The notes below the pieces were generated by a model that did no database searches, was not told the origin of the DNA, and saw only the letters and a program-made list of their open reading frames with translations. Of a stretch of DNA of 63,744 nt, positions 1-8,608 are shown one piece after another. Numbering within the stretch: the first letter of the stretch is position 1; every line of letters starts with the position of its first letter. Source of the stretch: Candidatus Aenigmatarchaeota archaeon. Lineage in GTDB: Archaea; Aenigmatarchaeota; Aenigmatarchaeia; PWEA01. Both the position numbers and the translations under genes were made by a program. The DNA lies in NCBI GenBank assembly GCA_003553905.1, contig PWEA01000035.1, positions 1 to 63,744 of the forward strand, written 5' to 3'.

Positions 1-156
1 GGAATAAAAAGAGCTGCTGAGAATATACCCGGAGTAGAAGTCAGGGAAGTAGACAGTCTAAATTCGGAGGTACTTTCACCCGGGGCACACGGAATAAGAC
101 TTACAGTCTATACCGAATCAGCTCTAAATAAGATAGAAGAGAGGTGGACTATTTGA
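1..156 (+). CDS. rpl4: 50S ribosomal protein uL4, C-terminal fragment (5' end outside window)
   Basis: Frame 1 is open from base 1 to TGA 154-156 (...[21 protein letters not shown]). It lies directly upstream of uL23, as in the conserved archaeal operon. Confidence 0.6.
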   Translation, partial: GIKRAAENIPGVEVREVDSLNSEVLSPGAHGIRLTVYTESALNKIEERWTI

Positions 157-425
157 AAGGTATGGAAAGTCCTATGGACATAATAAAATATCCCCATCTA
201 ACAGAGAAGTCTGTCAGTATGGTAGAAGAAGAAAACAAGCTCGTGTTTGTAGTTAGCGACAGTGCAAACAAAAACAAGATAAAATGGGCAGTTGAAAAGG
301 AGTTCGGCGTCGATGTAGTAAATGTAAATACTTTAAACACGATGAAAGGAAACAAAAAAGCTGTAGTCCAACTTTCAGAAGACGATAACGCAATCGATAT
401 AGCAACAAGGCTTGGTATGCTTTGA
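144..425 (+). CDS. rpl23: 50S ribosomal protein uL23
   Basis: The 93-aa ORF contains [11 protein letters not shown] and the typical uL23 core. The start is either GTG 144 or ATG 162. Operon position is L4-L23-L2. Confidence 0.9.
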   Translation: MDYLKGMESPMDIIKYPHLTEKSVSMVEEENKLVFVVSDSANKNKIKWAVEKEFGVDVVNVNTLNTMKGNKKAVVQLSEDDNAIDIATRLGML

Positions 426-437
426 GGTTGATTTAAT

Positions 438-1130
438 ATGCCAAAAAGAACAAGAGCACAAAGGAAGGGAAGTAGCAGAAATATTAGAACGCCAAGTCAT
501 CGTTACGACAAGGAAGCCGACTTCGATGATGTAAAGGGTGAGGTAGTCGATATAGTGCACGACCCGGCACGGTCTGCACCACTGGCCAAAATTAAACTCA
601 AGGATGGGCAAGAAAGATATGTAATAGCACCACAAGGACTACAGACAGGAGACACTATAAGATGTGGCATATCGGCCCCTATAAAACCGGGCAACAGACT
701 AAAGCTTGCCGAAATTCCAGAAGGTATCCCCGTTCACTCAGTTGAAACAAGTCCAGGTGAAGGAGGAAAGCTTGTCAGATCATCAGGGACCTATGCAGTT
801 GTAAAGATGCATGACATGAATAAAACAGTAGTGAAGCTTCCATCGGGACAGACCAAGAATTTAAAACCTGAGTGCAAGGCAACTGTAGGCATTGTTGCAG
901 GAAGTGGAAGAAAAGAAAAGCCCTTTGTTAAGGCAGGTAACAAATATAAGGCAATGAAGGCACGCGGAAAACAGTATCCAACTGTTTCAGCCGTATCGAT
1001 GAATGCGGTGGATCATCCGTTTGGAGGGTCTACAAAACCAGGTAAGCCTAAAAATACCAAAAAAACCGCACCACCGGGCCAGAAAACTGGTTCATTTGGT
1101 GCAAGGTCTTCAGGAAAGAGGAAGCGTTAG
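438..1130 (+). CDS. rpl2: 50S ribosomal protein uL2
   Basis: The 230-aa ORF has the [13 protein letters not shown] and [10 protein letters not shown] motifs typical of uL2. Confidence 0.95.
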   Translation: MPKRTRAQRKGSSRNIRTPSHRYDKEADFDDVKGEVVDIVHDPARSAPLAKIKLKDGQERYVIAPQGLQTGDTIRCGISAPIKPGNRLKLAEIPEGIPVHSVETSPGEGGKLVRSSGTYAVVKMHDMNKTVVKLPSGQTKNLKPECKATVGIVAGSGRKEKPFVKAGNKYKAMKARGKQYPTVSAVSMNAVDHPFGGSTKPGKPKNTKKTAPPGQKTGSFGARSSGKRKR

Positions 1131-1132
1131 AT

Positions 1133-1513
1133 ATGCCAAAGGAATTCAAATTCAGAGGGAAAACCGTTGAAGAACTCAGAAAGATGGATCTTACCGAATT
1201 TGCAAAGTTACTGGATTCAAGAAAGAGGAGAAGTCTCATGAGAGGCCTAACGGATGCACAGAAAGATCTGTTAGAGGGCATCAGAAAAGGCAAGGAGTAT
1301 ATAAAAACACATGCAAGGGATATGGTAATCCTTCCTGAGATGGTGGGCTCAAAGATAGGGATACATAATGGCCAAGATTTTGTAGAGGTGGAGATAAAAC
1401 CAGAGATGATAGGCAAGTTCCTTGGTGAGTTTGCAGAAACCAGAAAGAGTGTAGATCATTCGGCACCTGGATTAGGAGCAACAAGAACTTCAAAGCACGT
1501 GCCTCTGAAGTAG
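1133..1513 (+). CDS. rps19: 30S ribosomal protein uS19
   Basis: The 126-aa ORF begins FRGKTVEEL...RRSLMRGL and has the uS19 core. It starts 3 nt after the uL2 stop. Confidence 0.93.
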   Translation: MPKEFKFRGKTVEELRKMDLTEFAKLLDSRKRRSLMRGLTDAQKDLLEGIRKGKEYIKTHARDMVILPEMVGSKIGIHNGQDFVEVEIKPEMIGKFLGEFAETRKSVDHSAPGLGATRTSKHVPLK

Positions 1514-1526
1514 TGAGTATGATAAA

Positions 1527-1916
1527 ATGACAGGATATCCGGTACAAGTAGAAGAAGAAGATGTGAAGGCAGCAGGCCTAAATCTAAGAATATCGAGGAA
1601 AAAGGCCAGTAAGATATGCAAGGTGATAAACAACAAAAAGATGAAGTTTGAGAGAGCTTTGAGTTTCGTAAAAAATCTCACAGAAGGAAATGAAAATATA
1701 GATGGAAAAACCTATGAAAAGGCCGCGGAAGGTATATTGGGTGTACTGGAAAATGCAGGAAACAATGCAGAGTCCGAGGGATTGAACACAGAAAAGCTCA
1801 GGGTTAAAACAATAAGCGCAGAGCCCGGAACAACACTTAGAAGGAGGCGGAGAAGAAGAGATTTTGGAAACAGAATTAAAACCGCAAACGTCAAAGTCGT
1901 ACTTCAGAGAGGATAA
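1527..1916 (+). CDS. rpl22: 50S ribosomal protein uL22
   Basis: The 129-aa ORF has a uL22-like sequence (LRISRKKASKICKVI...) and sits in the conserved S19-L22-S3 order. Confidence 0.9.
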   Translation: MTGYPVQVEEEDVKAAGLNLRISRKKASKICKVINNKKMKFERALSFVKNLTEGNENIDGKTYEKAAEGILGVLENAGNNAESEGLNTEKLRVKTISAEPGTTLRRRRRRRDFGNRIKTANVKVVLQRG

Positions 1917-1917
1917 T

Positions 1918-2736
1918 ATGACACTTGAAAAGGAGTTCATAAAAAAAGGAATAAACAAGAACCAGTTAGAAGACTTCTTTGAAAGAGAGTACCCAAGGGC
2001 AGGATACACAGGATGTGATATTCAGAGAACCCCAATGGGAGTTAAAATAACAATATATGCAGACAAACCAGGACTGATAATAGGACGAGGAGGAGGAAGA
2101 ATAAACGAAATCACACAGAAACTCGGGGAAGATTTTGGATTCGAAGATCCACAGATAGATGTCCAAGAGATAGAGAAACCTGAACTCGATGCAAGTATAA
2201 TGGCCAAAGAGATAAAGAACGCGATAGAGAACAACGCAAACTACAGAAGGGTCGCAAGTGGAGTTCTCAGAAGCATACTGAGAAGAGGTGCGGCAGGGGC
2301 CGAGATAAGTATATCTGGAAAGCTTTCGGGGTCCAGAGGAAGAACCGAAAGATTCCAAGATGGATATATGAAAAGTTGTGGTGAGCCCGCAAAGAGGCTA
2401 GTTGATAAGGCCGTTGAACATGCTAAGACGCGACCGGGAACCATAGGAGTAAAGGTCAAGATAATGAAGGAAAGGCCAGACGAAGGTCTGAAAAAAGAAG
2501 ATAAAAAGACTGAAGAAACAACCGAGGAAAGGAAGTTCGAACTCACAGAAGACAAGCTAAATGAAATACTGGACTCCTCTATATCAGAAGGCAAAGAAAA
2601 AATAAAGAAGCTCGAGGGAGACCTTCAGTTAGAAAACTACAAAAAGATACTCGACTACGAAACGGATTTCAAAAACAGAAAGGGTATGTTAAAGTTCCTT
2701 GAAAGCAAGATAAAAGAACTCGAAGAGGATGAATGA
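1918..2736 (+). CDS. rps3: 30S ribosomal protein uS3 with a roughly 70-aa K/E-rich C-terminal extension
   Basis: KH-domain core PGLIIGRGGGRINEI is present. I chose ATG 1918, just after the uL22 stop, rather than the 1864 start in the ORF track. Confidence 0.92.
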   Translation: MTLEKEFIKKGINKNQLEDFFEREYPRAGYTGCDIQRTPMGVKITIYADKPGLIIGRGGGRINEITQKLGEDFGFEDPQIDVQEIEKPELDASIMAKEIKNAIENNANYRRVASGVLRSILRRGAAGAEISISGKLSGSRGRTERFQDGYMKSCGEPAKRLVDKAVEHAKTRPGTIGVKVKIMKERPDEGLKKEDKKTEETTEERKFELTEDKLNEILDSSISEGKEKIKKLEGDLQLENYKKILDYETDFKNRKGMLKFLESKIKELEEDE

Positions 2737-2941
2737 CATGGCTATGTTGAGAACAGAAGAAATCGATGACATGAGCAAGGAGGACCTCGAAGAAAAACTG
2801 GAAGAAATAAGACTGGAACTCGCAAAGGAAAAAGCACAGGTTAAGATAGGAGGAGTTCCGGAAAATCCTGGTAATATGAACGAAATGAAAAGAACAGTAG
2901 CAAGAATAAAAACAAAGCTTCGCGAAAGAGAGGTGGAATGA
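2729..2941 (+). CDS. rpl29: 50S ribosomal protein uL29
   Basis: The 70-aa helical ORF (LRTEEIDDMSKEDLEEKLEEIRLEL) follows S3. Confidence 0.9.
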   Translation: MNDMAMLRTEEIDDMSKEDLEEKLEEIRLELAKEKAQVKIGGVPENPGNMNEMKRTVARIKTKLREREVE

Positions 2942-2942
2942 G

Positions 2943-3248
2943 ATCGCTAACTGCCCCGACTGTGGACTACCCGAAGAACTTTGTGTCTGTGACACGATAG
3001 CAAAGGAAGAGGAAAAGATAGAAGTTCGCAAAACAAGACGGAGCTACGGCAAGGAGCTAACAATCGTCGAGAATGTTTCCGATGACATGAATCCAAAGGA
3101 ACTTGCAAAAAAACTTAAAAAAGGTCTCGCGTGCGGTGGAACATATAAAAAGGGTAGGATAGAACTACAGGGAGACCACATGAGAAGGATAAAAGACCTT
3201 CTTGTACAAGAAGGGTTTCCAGAAAGCAAGATAAAGATAAAGAACTGA
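2943..3248 (+). CDS. sui1: Translation initiation factor aSUI1 (eIF1 homologue); start codon unresolved
   Basis: The ORF is not in the supplied track. The frame is open from 2910 to TGA 3246-3248 and reads ...CPDCGLPEELCVCDTIAKEEEKIEVRKTRRSYGKELTIVENV...LKKGLACGGTYKKGRIELQGDH. There is no in-frame ATG, GTG or TTG before the conserved Cys motif (see finding). Confidence 0.8.
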   Translation: MANCPDCGLPEELCVCDTIAKEEEKIEVRKTRRSYGKELTIVENVSDDMNPKELAKKLKKGLACGGTYKKGRIELQGDHMRRIKDLLVQEGFPESKIKIKN

Positions 3249-3249
3249 T

Positions 3250-3528
3250 ATGAGGAAGCTAGAAAACCTCCCAAGACACGAGCTAATAGGTCTAAAGACG
3301 GAGGTAGTTGAAAGCGAAAACACTATGGAGGAGGGCATAAGAGGAAGGGTGGTGGACGAAAGGAAAAACGTTTTAAAAGTCGAATGTAAAGGTGAAGAGA
3401 AAACAGTTAGAAAAAAAGGGCGGAAGTTTAAGTTCGAACTCCCATCGGAAGAACAGTGCAAGATCGATGGGGAGACAATCGAAGGACGTCCTGAAGACAG
3501 AATAAAGAAAAAAATGAGGAAATGGTGA
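3250..3528 (+). CDS. rnp1: RNase P protein component 1 (Rpp29/Pop4)
   Basis: The 92-aa ORF contains HELIGLKTEVVESENTMEEGIRGRVVDERKNVLKV. Its position between SUI1 and S17 is conserved in archaea. Confidence 0.85.
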   Translation: MRKLENLPRHELIGLKTEVVESENTMEEGIRGRVVDERKNVLKVECKGEEKTVRKKGRKFKFELPSEEQCKIDGETIEGRPEDRIKKKMRKW

Positions 3529-3851
3529 ACAAAATGGCATTAGGTCTTGGCGTAAAGACTCCAGAAAAGGAGTGTGAAGACGAAAACTGTCCGTTCCACG
3601 GAAAGTTGTCTGTTAGAGGTAGGACTTTCGAAGGAATAGTCACGTCGAAAAATGAAAAAACTGTAACAGTAAAGTGGCAATACCACCACTACGTCCCCAA
3701 ATATGAAAGATATATGAGAAAAAATACAAAGATAATGAGTCACTGCCCTCCTTGTATGGACATAAACAAAGGCGATAAGGTAAGGATAGGAGAAACAAGG
3801 CCCCTTTCAAAGGGCAAAAGTTCCGTTGTAATAGAAAAGGTGGTTGAGTAG
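3522..3851 (+). CDS. rps17: 30S ribosomal protein uS17
   Basis: The 109-aa ORF contains CEDENCPFHGKLSVRGRTFEGIV. Its start overlaps the rnp1 stop in an ATGGTGA arrangement. Confidence 0.92.
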   Translation: MVNKMALGLGVKTPEKECEDENCPFHGKLSVRGRTFEGIVTSKNEKTVTVKWQYHHYVPKYERYMRKNTKIMSHCPPCMDINKGDKVRIGETRPLSKGKSSVVIEKVVE

Positions 3852-3852
3852 T

Positions 3853-4251
3853 ATGAGAGCTGTAGGAAGTAACATAACAAAGGGGATAGGATCAGAAACT
3901 AAGCTCAAATGTATAGATAACACAGGAGCAAAGATGCTAAGAGTTACCTCCGTATTAAAGTACAAGGGTACCAGAAAAAGACAGCCAAAGGCTGGTGTTG
4001 GAGATATAGTCCGGTGTTCGGTACTGAAAGGATCCCCGGATATAAGAGATGAAACCCCGCTTGCTGTGATTGTTAGACAAAAAAAGGAATGGAAAAGACC
4101 GGATGGAAGAAGGATAAAGTTTTACGACAATGCAGCAGTACTCATAAACGACAGAAACGAACCCAGAGGAAATGAAATAAGAGGAGCCGTAGCAAAGGAA
4201 GCAGTTGAAAAGTTTCCCGAAATAGGAAAGGTTTCGAGGATTGTGGTATAA
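3853..4251 (+). CDS. rpl14: 50S ribosomal protein uL14
   Basis: KCIDNTGAK and the uL14 core are present. ATG 3853 follows the S17 stop; the track's TTG 3844 is a possible alternative start. Confidence 0.93.
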   Translation: MRAVGSNITKGIGSETKLKCIDNTGAKMLRVTSVLKYKGTRKRQPKAGVGDIVRCSVLKGSPDIRDETPLAVIVRQKKEWKRPDGRRIKFYDNAAVLINDRNEPRGNEIRGAVAKEAVEKFPEIGKVSRIVV

Positions 4252-4778
4252 TGAAAACCAAAAAACCAGGAAAACAAAGGAAGATGAGCTTGAATGCTCC
4301 TATGCACAAGAGGCAGAAGAAAATGAGAGCTGTACTTGAAAAGGACCTCAGGGAGGACTTCAACAAAAGAAGCCTTGGTCTGAAAAGCGGCGATGAGGTA
4401 AAGGTTATGAGAGGCGACTTCAAAGACAAAGAAAGTGAAGTCCGTGATATTGATTTAAAAAACCTAAAGGTTACTCTCGAAGACGTAAAAAAAGAAAAGG
4501 TCGATGGAACAGAGGTAAGACCAAAGATAGACCCATCCAATCTAATGATAATAGACCCTGATCTCTCGGACAAGAAGAGAGAAGATATAATAAAAAGATC
4601 CGGCGGAGAAGTCGCAGAAGAGTTCAAAGAAGTAAAGGAAGAGGAGGAAGGAGAAGACACAGAAACCAAAGAACATGCAGAAGGATTCAAATGTGAGATA
4701 TGTGGAGATGTCTTCGACTCAAAGAGAGGGTTAGGTGTGCACAAAGGAAAAGCACATCCAGACTATATGAAATCATGA
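4251..4778 (+). CDS. rpl24: 50S ribosomal protein uL24 fused to an acidic linker and a C-terminal C2H2 zinc finger
   Basis: The N-terminal 120 aa or so form a KOW-type uL24 (GDEVKVMRGDFKDKES). The C-terminus carries FKCEICGDVFDSKRGLGVHKGKAH, a C-x2-C-x12-H-x4-H pattern. Confidence 0.9.
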   Translation: MKTKKPGKQRKMSLNAPMHKRQKKMRAVLEKDLREDFNKRSLGLKSGDEVKVMRGDFKDKESEVRDIDLKNLKVTLEDVKKEKVDGTEVRPKIDPSNLMIIDPDLSDKKREDIIKRSGGEVAEEFKEVKEEEEGEDTETKEHAEGFKCEICGDVFDSKRGLGVHKGKAHPDYMKS

Positions 4779-4791
4779 AAAGGAGGATAAA

Positions 4792-5499
4792 ATGTCAAAA
4801 CATCAAAAATCACTGTCTTCACCAAAAACGTACCCCATAAAGAGAAAGGAAAGACCTTGGACAATAAAGCCAAGTCCTGGACCACACTCGGAAGAAAATT
4901 GCATACCACTGGGTATAATCATAAGGGACGTTTTGGAATATGCCGAAAATATCAGCGAGGTAAAAAAGGTACTCGAGGAAGGTAAATGCGAAATCGACGG
5001 TAAGGTAGTAAGGGACCATAGATTTCCCGTTGGGATTTTCGATTCGCTGAGACTAGGTGAAAAATACTTTAGAATTATTCCCCACAAGAAGGGATTCAAA
5101 CTCATAAATATAAACAAAAAGGATGCAGGCAAAAAACTATGCCGCATCGAAGACAAAAAAACCGTAGACGGTGGAAAACTACAGATAATCTTCAACGACG
5201 GTAAAAGTATAATGACACACGACGAAGAACTCATGAACCTACAGACAGGAACCTCTGTTATTCTATCGGTCCCAGAAAAGAAATGCACAGAGACTATAAA
5301 GTCAGAAAAGGGGAAGGAAGTTATGATAACAAATGGTAAAAACAGGGGAGCAGTTGCTAGCTTTGAGGAAAGAAAGGTTCTGAAAGGAAGCAGGGAAAAT
5401 AGGATAATAGTTTCACAGGAAGGAAAGAAAATTGACCTGCCTGAAGATATAGTATTTCCAATAGATACAGAAAAAATAAAAATAGAGGAGCAAAAGTGA
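4792..5499 (+). CDS. rps4e: 30S ribosomal protein eS4
   Basis: The 235-aa ORF begins KHQKSLSSPKTYPIKRKERPW and contains RFPVGIFDS. Confidence 0.93.
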   Translation: MSKHQKSLSSPKTYPIKRKERPWTIKPSPGPHSEENCIPLGIIIRDVLEYAENISEVKKVLEEGKCEIDGKVVRDHRFPVGIFDSLRLGEKYFRIIPHKKGFKLININKKDAGKKLCRIEDKKTVDGGKLQIIFNDGKSIMTHDEELMNLQTGTSVILSVPEKKCTETIKSEKGKEVMITNGKNRGAVASFEERKVLKGSRENRIIVSQEGKKIDLPEDIVFPIDTEKIKIEEQK

Positions 5500-5503
5500 T
5501 AAG

Positions 5504-6019
5504 ATGTCGGATAAAAACCCCATGAAAAAAATAGGGCTAGAGAAGATTGTCTTGAACATAGGAATAGGTAGCCCCGGTGAAGAACTTGAGAAGGCCAAGA
5601 ACCTACTAGAAGACCTAACAGGGAAAAATCCAAAGCTTACAAAGGCTAAGAGAAGAAGTGCCTTCGGGGTTTCAAAGGGAAGAGAGATAGGTGTAATGGT
5701 AACCTTGAGGAACGAAGAAGCAGAGAATTTTCTCAAGAAATTCCTCGATGCAAAGGACCACAAGATCAGGAAAAGCAGCTTCGATGACCAAGGTAACTTT
5801 TCAATGGGAATCGAAGAACACATAGACCTTCCGGGAACCGATTACAATCCGGACATAGGTATATTTGGGATGGATATAACGGCAACACTCGAAAGGCCTG
5901 GTTTTGGAATAAAGAGAAGGAATATATCAAGAAAAATAGGTGAAAAACATAAAATTTCAAAAAACGAAGCAATTGAGTTCATGGAAGAAAAATTTGAGGT
6001 CGAAATAACCGGTGAATAA
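5504..6019 (+). CDS. rpl5: 50S ribosomal protein uL5
   Basis: The 171-aa ORF contains [11 protein letters not shown] and FGMDI, typical of uL5. Confidence 0.93.
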   Translation: MSDKNPMKKIGLEKIVLNIGIGSPGEELEKAKNLLEDLTGKNPKLTKAKRRSAFGVSKGREIGVMVTLRNEEAENFLKKFLDAKDHKIRKSSFDDQGNFSMGIEEHIDLPGTDYNPDIGIFGMDITATLERPGFGIKRRNISRKIGEKHKISKNEAIEFMEEKFEVEITGE

Positions 6020-6020
6020 A

Positions 6021-6152
6021 ATGACAAAAAAGGAAGTACCCAAATGCAGGAGATGTGGAAACAAATGGGGAGTCATAAGAAAGTACGATCTGTATATCTG
6101 CAGACAGTGCTTTAGAGAAATATCAGAGGAGATAGGCTTCGAAAAATACTAG
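6021..6152 (+). CDS. rps14: 30S ribosomal protein uS14 (Zn-ribbon type)
   Basis: This 43-aa ORF is not in the track. It reads [43 protein letters not shown] and lies between L5 and S8. Confidence 0.9.
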   Translation: MTKKEVPKCRRCGNKWGVIRKYDLYICRQCFREISEEIGFEKY

Positions 6153-6160
6153 GTGTCAAT

Positions 6161-6547
6161 ATGAAACAATCAATACTTTCAGACTGTATGTCCACGTTGA
6201 AGAACGCAGAGAATGTAGGTAAGGATAGATGTACAGCTGAATCTTCAAAGGTAGTTATGGAAGTTCTCAAAACCATACAGAAAAAAGGTTACATCGGGGA
6301 GTTCGAAAAAATAGAAGACAACAGGGGTGGAAAGTTTAGAATCGAACTCATGGGAAAGATAAACGACTGTAATTCAATAAGGCCAAGATTTTCCGTAAAG
6401 AAAAATGAGTTTGAAAAATGGGAAAAGAGATACTTACCAGCAAAGGGCATGGGATTCCTTATAGTGAGCACTTCGCAGGGGATAATGACCCACGAAGAAG
6501 CAAAGTCTCAGGAAATAGGAGGAAAGCTAATAGCCTATGTTTACTAG
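6161..6547 (+). CDS. rps8: 30S ribosomal protein uS8
   Basis: The 128-aa ORF contains LSDCMSTLKNAE and GGKLIAYVY. Confidence 0.93.
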   Translation: MKQSILSDCMSTLKNAENVGKDRCTAESSKVVMEVLKTIQKKGYIGEFEKIEDNRGGKFRIELMGKINDCNSIRPRFSVKKNEFEKWEKRYLPAKGMGFLIVSTSQGIMTHEEAKSQEIGGKLIAYVY

Positions 6548-6558
6548 GGTGCTTTACA

Positions 6559-7092
6559 ATGAAGAAAAGCGTTCAACTTCCAGAAAATATTGAAGCAGAA
6601 GTATCAGATGGAGATGTAAAAATAAAGGGCAATGGAAATGAGGTTAAACTCAAGCTAAACCACCCACTGATAAATATAGAACTCGACGACGATATCATCA
6701 ATATAGAACCCAAGATCGAAAACAAAAAAACAAACAGCATATCACAAACATTCAGAACAAAGATAAAAAACGCGGTTACAGGAGTAACGGATGGTTTTGA
6801 ATACAGGCTAAAGGTAGTATACAAACATTTTCCGATGGAAGTTAAGGTAAATGGAGATAGGTTCGTTGTTTCCAACTTCCTCGGTGAAAAAAAGGACAGG
6901 GAAGCCAGTATACTTGAAAACGTGAGTGTCAAGGTAGATGATGAGAACATAACAGTATCGGGACCTGACAAAGAAAAGGTAGGTCAAACGGCGGCAAACA
7001 TAGAACGAAACATGCAAGCACCAAATACCAAAGACAGAAGGGTATTTGAGGATGGAATATACATAGTAAAAAAACCGAGTGTCGAGGACTGA
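6559..7092 (+). CDS. rpl6: 50S ribosomal protein uL6
   Basis: I chose ATG 6559, just after the S8 stop (the track ORF begins at 6418 inside S8). The two-domain uL6 sequence includes FEYRLKVVYKHFPMEV. Confidence 0.92.
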   Translation: MKKSVQLPENIEAEVSDGDVKIKGNGNEVKLKLNHPLINIELDDDIINIEPKIENKKTNSISQTFRTKIKNAVTGVTDGFEYRLKVVYKHFPMEVKVNGDRFVVSNFLGEKKDREASILENVSVKVDDENITVSGPDKEKVGQTAANIERNMQAPNTKDRRVFEDGIYIVKKPSVED

Positions 7093-7093
7093 T

Positions 7094-7411
7094 ATGATGT
7101 CTGACAAAAAATTTAAGAGACAAAATTCAAGCAGAAAGCTTGGTGATTCGTGGAGAAGGCCAAAAGGTCATCACTCTTCACTTAGAAAGGGGAAGAAGGG
7201 GAGAAGGAAAAAGCCCTCGCCCGGATTTGGTAGTGAAAACAAAGGCATGCATCCATCGGGCTACTATGAAGTAATTGTCAGAAATATCAAGGATCTTAAA
7301 GATATAGATAAAGAGGAGGAAGCAGCAAGAATAAGCTCAAAGATTGGAAAAAGGAAAAGAGAGGAAATTTTAGAAAAGGCTGAGGAAATGGAGATTAAGG
7401 TTTTAAATTGA
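7094..7411 (+). CDS. rpl32e: 50S ribosomal protein eL32
   Basis: FKRQNSSRKLGDSWRRPKGHHSSLR is an eL32 signature. ATG 7094 follows the L6 stop. Confidence 0.9.
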   Translation: MMSDKKFKRQNSSRKLGDSWRRPKGHHSSLRKGKKGRRKKPSPGFGSENKGMHPSGYYEVIVRNIKDLKDIDKEEEAARISSKIGKRKREEILEKAEEMEIKVLN

Positions 7412-7420
7412 GGTTATAAA

Positions 7421-7582
7421 ATGTTTTTGAGATTTGAAGAAACAAAATGCCCTCTATGTGGAACCTCAGGACAGGATTCACAGATAGAAGAACTGTCAAA
7501 CTGTCCGGGTTGCGGGGCAAAGTTCAACAAGTTCGGTGTAGTTCACGTACCAGAAAACGAAAGAGAAGTACAATGGACATGA
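7421..7582 (+). CDS. Small zinc-ribbon protein (53 aa), unknown function
   Basis: This ORF is not in the track. It reads MFLRFEETKCPLCGTSGQDSQIEELSNCPGCGAKFNKFGVVHVPENEREVQWT, has two CxxC pairs, and exactly fills the gap between eL32 and eL19. Confidence 0.5.
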   Translation: MFLRFEETKCPLCGTSGQDSQIEELSNCPGCGAKFNKFGVVHVPENEREVQWT

Positions 7583-7583
7583 G

Positions 7584-8048
7584 GTGCAAAAGATGGATCT
7601 GTCTACAAAAAGAAAGATGGCAGCAGATATATTAGACTGCGGGAGAAACAAGGTGTGGATAGACCCAGAAAGGCAGGGCGATGTGAACGAGGCAATAACC
7701 AAGTCCGATGTAAGAAGACTTATCCAAAAAGGGGTAATCAAGGAGAAGAAGAAAAACGGACAGTCACGTGGAAGAACAAGAAAAATAATGAAGCAGAAGA
7801 AAAAAGGAAGAAGGAAGGGACACGGTAAAAGAAAGGGGAGTAAAAAGAACAGGAAAGAAAAATGGATAACCAGGATAAGGGCACAGAGAAAGCTACTGAA
7901 AAGCCTCCGCGAAGAAGACAAAATAGATAGACCGAACTACAACAAGCTATATAGAAAGTGCAAGGGTGGAAGATTCAACTCAAAGAAACAGTTAAAAGAA
8001 TATATTAAAAAGGAAGATATGTTGATAAAGGGTGAAGAAATTGAGTAA
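7584..8048 (+). CDS. rpl19e: 50S ribosomal protein eL19
   Basis: LSTKRKMAADILDCGRNKVWIDP is an eL19 signature. The start is GTG 7584 or ATG 7593. Confidence 0.92.
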   Translation: MQKMDLSTKRKMAADILDCGRNKVWIDPERQGDVNEAITKSDVRRLIQKGVIKEKKKNGQSRGRTRKIMKQKKKGRRKGHGKRKGSKKNRKEKWITRIRAQRKLLKSLREEDKIDRPNYNKLYRKCKGGRFNSKKQLKEYIKKEDMLIKGEEIE

Positions 8049-8607
8049 AAAAATTCCAAAACGAAGAAGAAGAGAAAAGAAAACAGACTACAGTAAGAGA
8101 CTAAAGCTTCTCAAAAGCGGTGATCTAAGGCTTGTGGTAAGAAATAGTCTGAACAATATAAGAGCCCAGATAGTTAAGTGGGAGAAGGACGGGGACATGG
8201 TTCTAGAACAATCGGAATCAAAAGATCTAGAAGAATTTGGATGGAAGGGACACAGATCGAACATCCCGGCTGCTTATCTCACTGGATACCTCATAGGTAA
8301 AAGAGGAGTTTCTGAAGACATCAAAAGATGTATACTCGATATCGGACTACAAAAGAACACAAAGGAAAGTAAGTTATACGCAACCGTCAAAGGAGTGATC
8401 GATGCAGGAATCGAGGTTCCTGTAGGAGAAAAGATGTTACCATCAGAAGACAGATTAAAGGGGAAACACATAGAAGAGTACGCATCAAAAATGAAAGAGG
8501 GCGAAAAGAACGAACACTTTTCAAGCTTAATTGGTAAGGGATTAGACCCGGAAAACGTAACGAAAAACTTTGATGAAACAAAGGAAAAAATTGACGAGGT
8601 AGAATAA
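8032..8607 (+). CDS. rpl18: 50S ribosomal protein uL18
   Basis: RRRREKKTDYSKRLKLL...RLVVRNSLNNIRAQIV is present. The start is GTG. Confidence 0.92.
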   Translation: MKKLSKKIPKRRRREKKTDYSKRLKLLKSGDLRLVVRNSLNNIRAQIVKWEKDGDMVLEQSESKDLEEFGWKGHRSNIPAAYLTGYLIGKRGVSEDIKRCILDIGLQKNTKESKLYATVKGVIDAGIEVPVGEKMLPSEDRLKGKHIEEYASKMKEGEKNEHFSSLIGKGLDPENVTKNFDETKEKIDEVE

Positions 8608-8608
8608 A

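Noticed and set aside
4803-5633. A 276-aa minus-strand ORF, with similar ones at 4142-4744, 1584-2009, 9465-9992 and 7496-7921, lying opposite ribosomal protein genes.
   Set aside because: They are antisense shadows of well-supported plus-strand genes. Their translations are low-complexity (S/F/L-rich) with no motifs, and the operon leaves no room for them.
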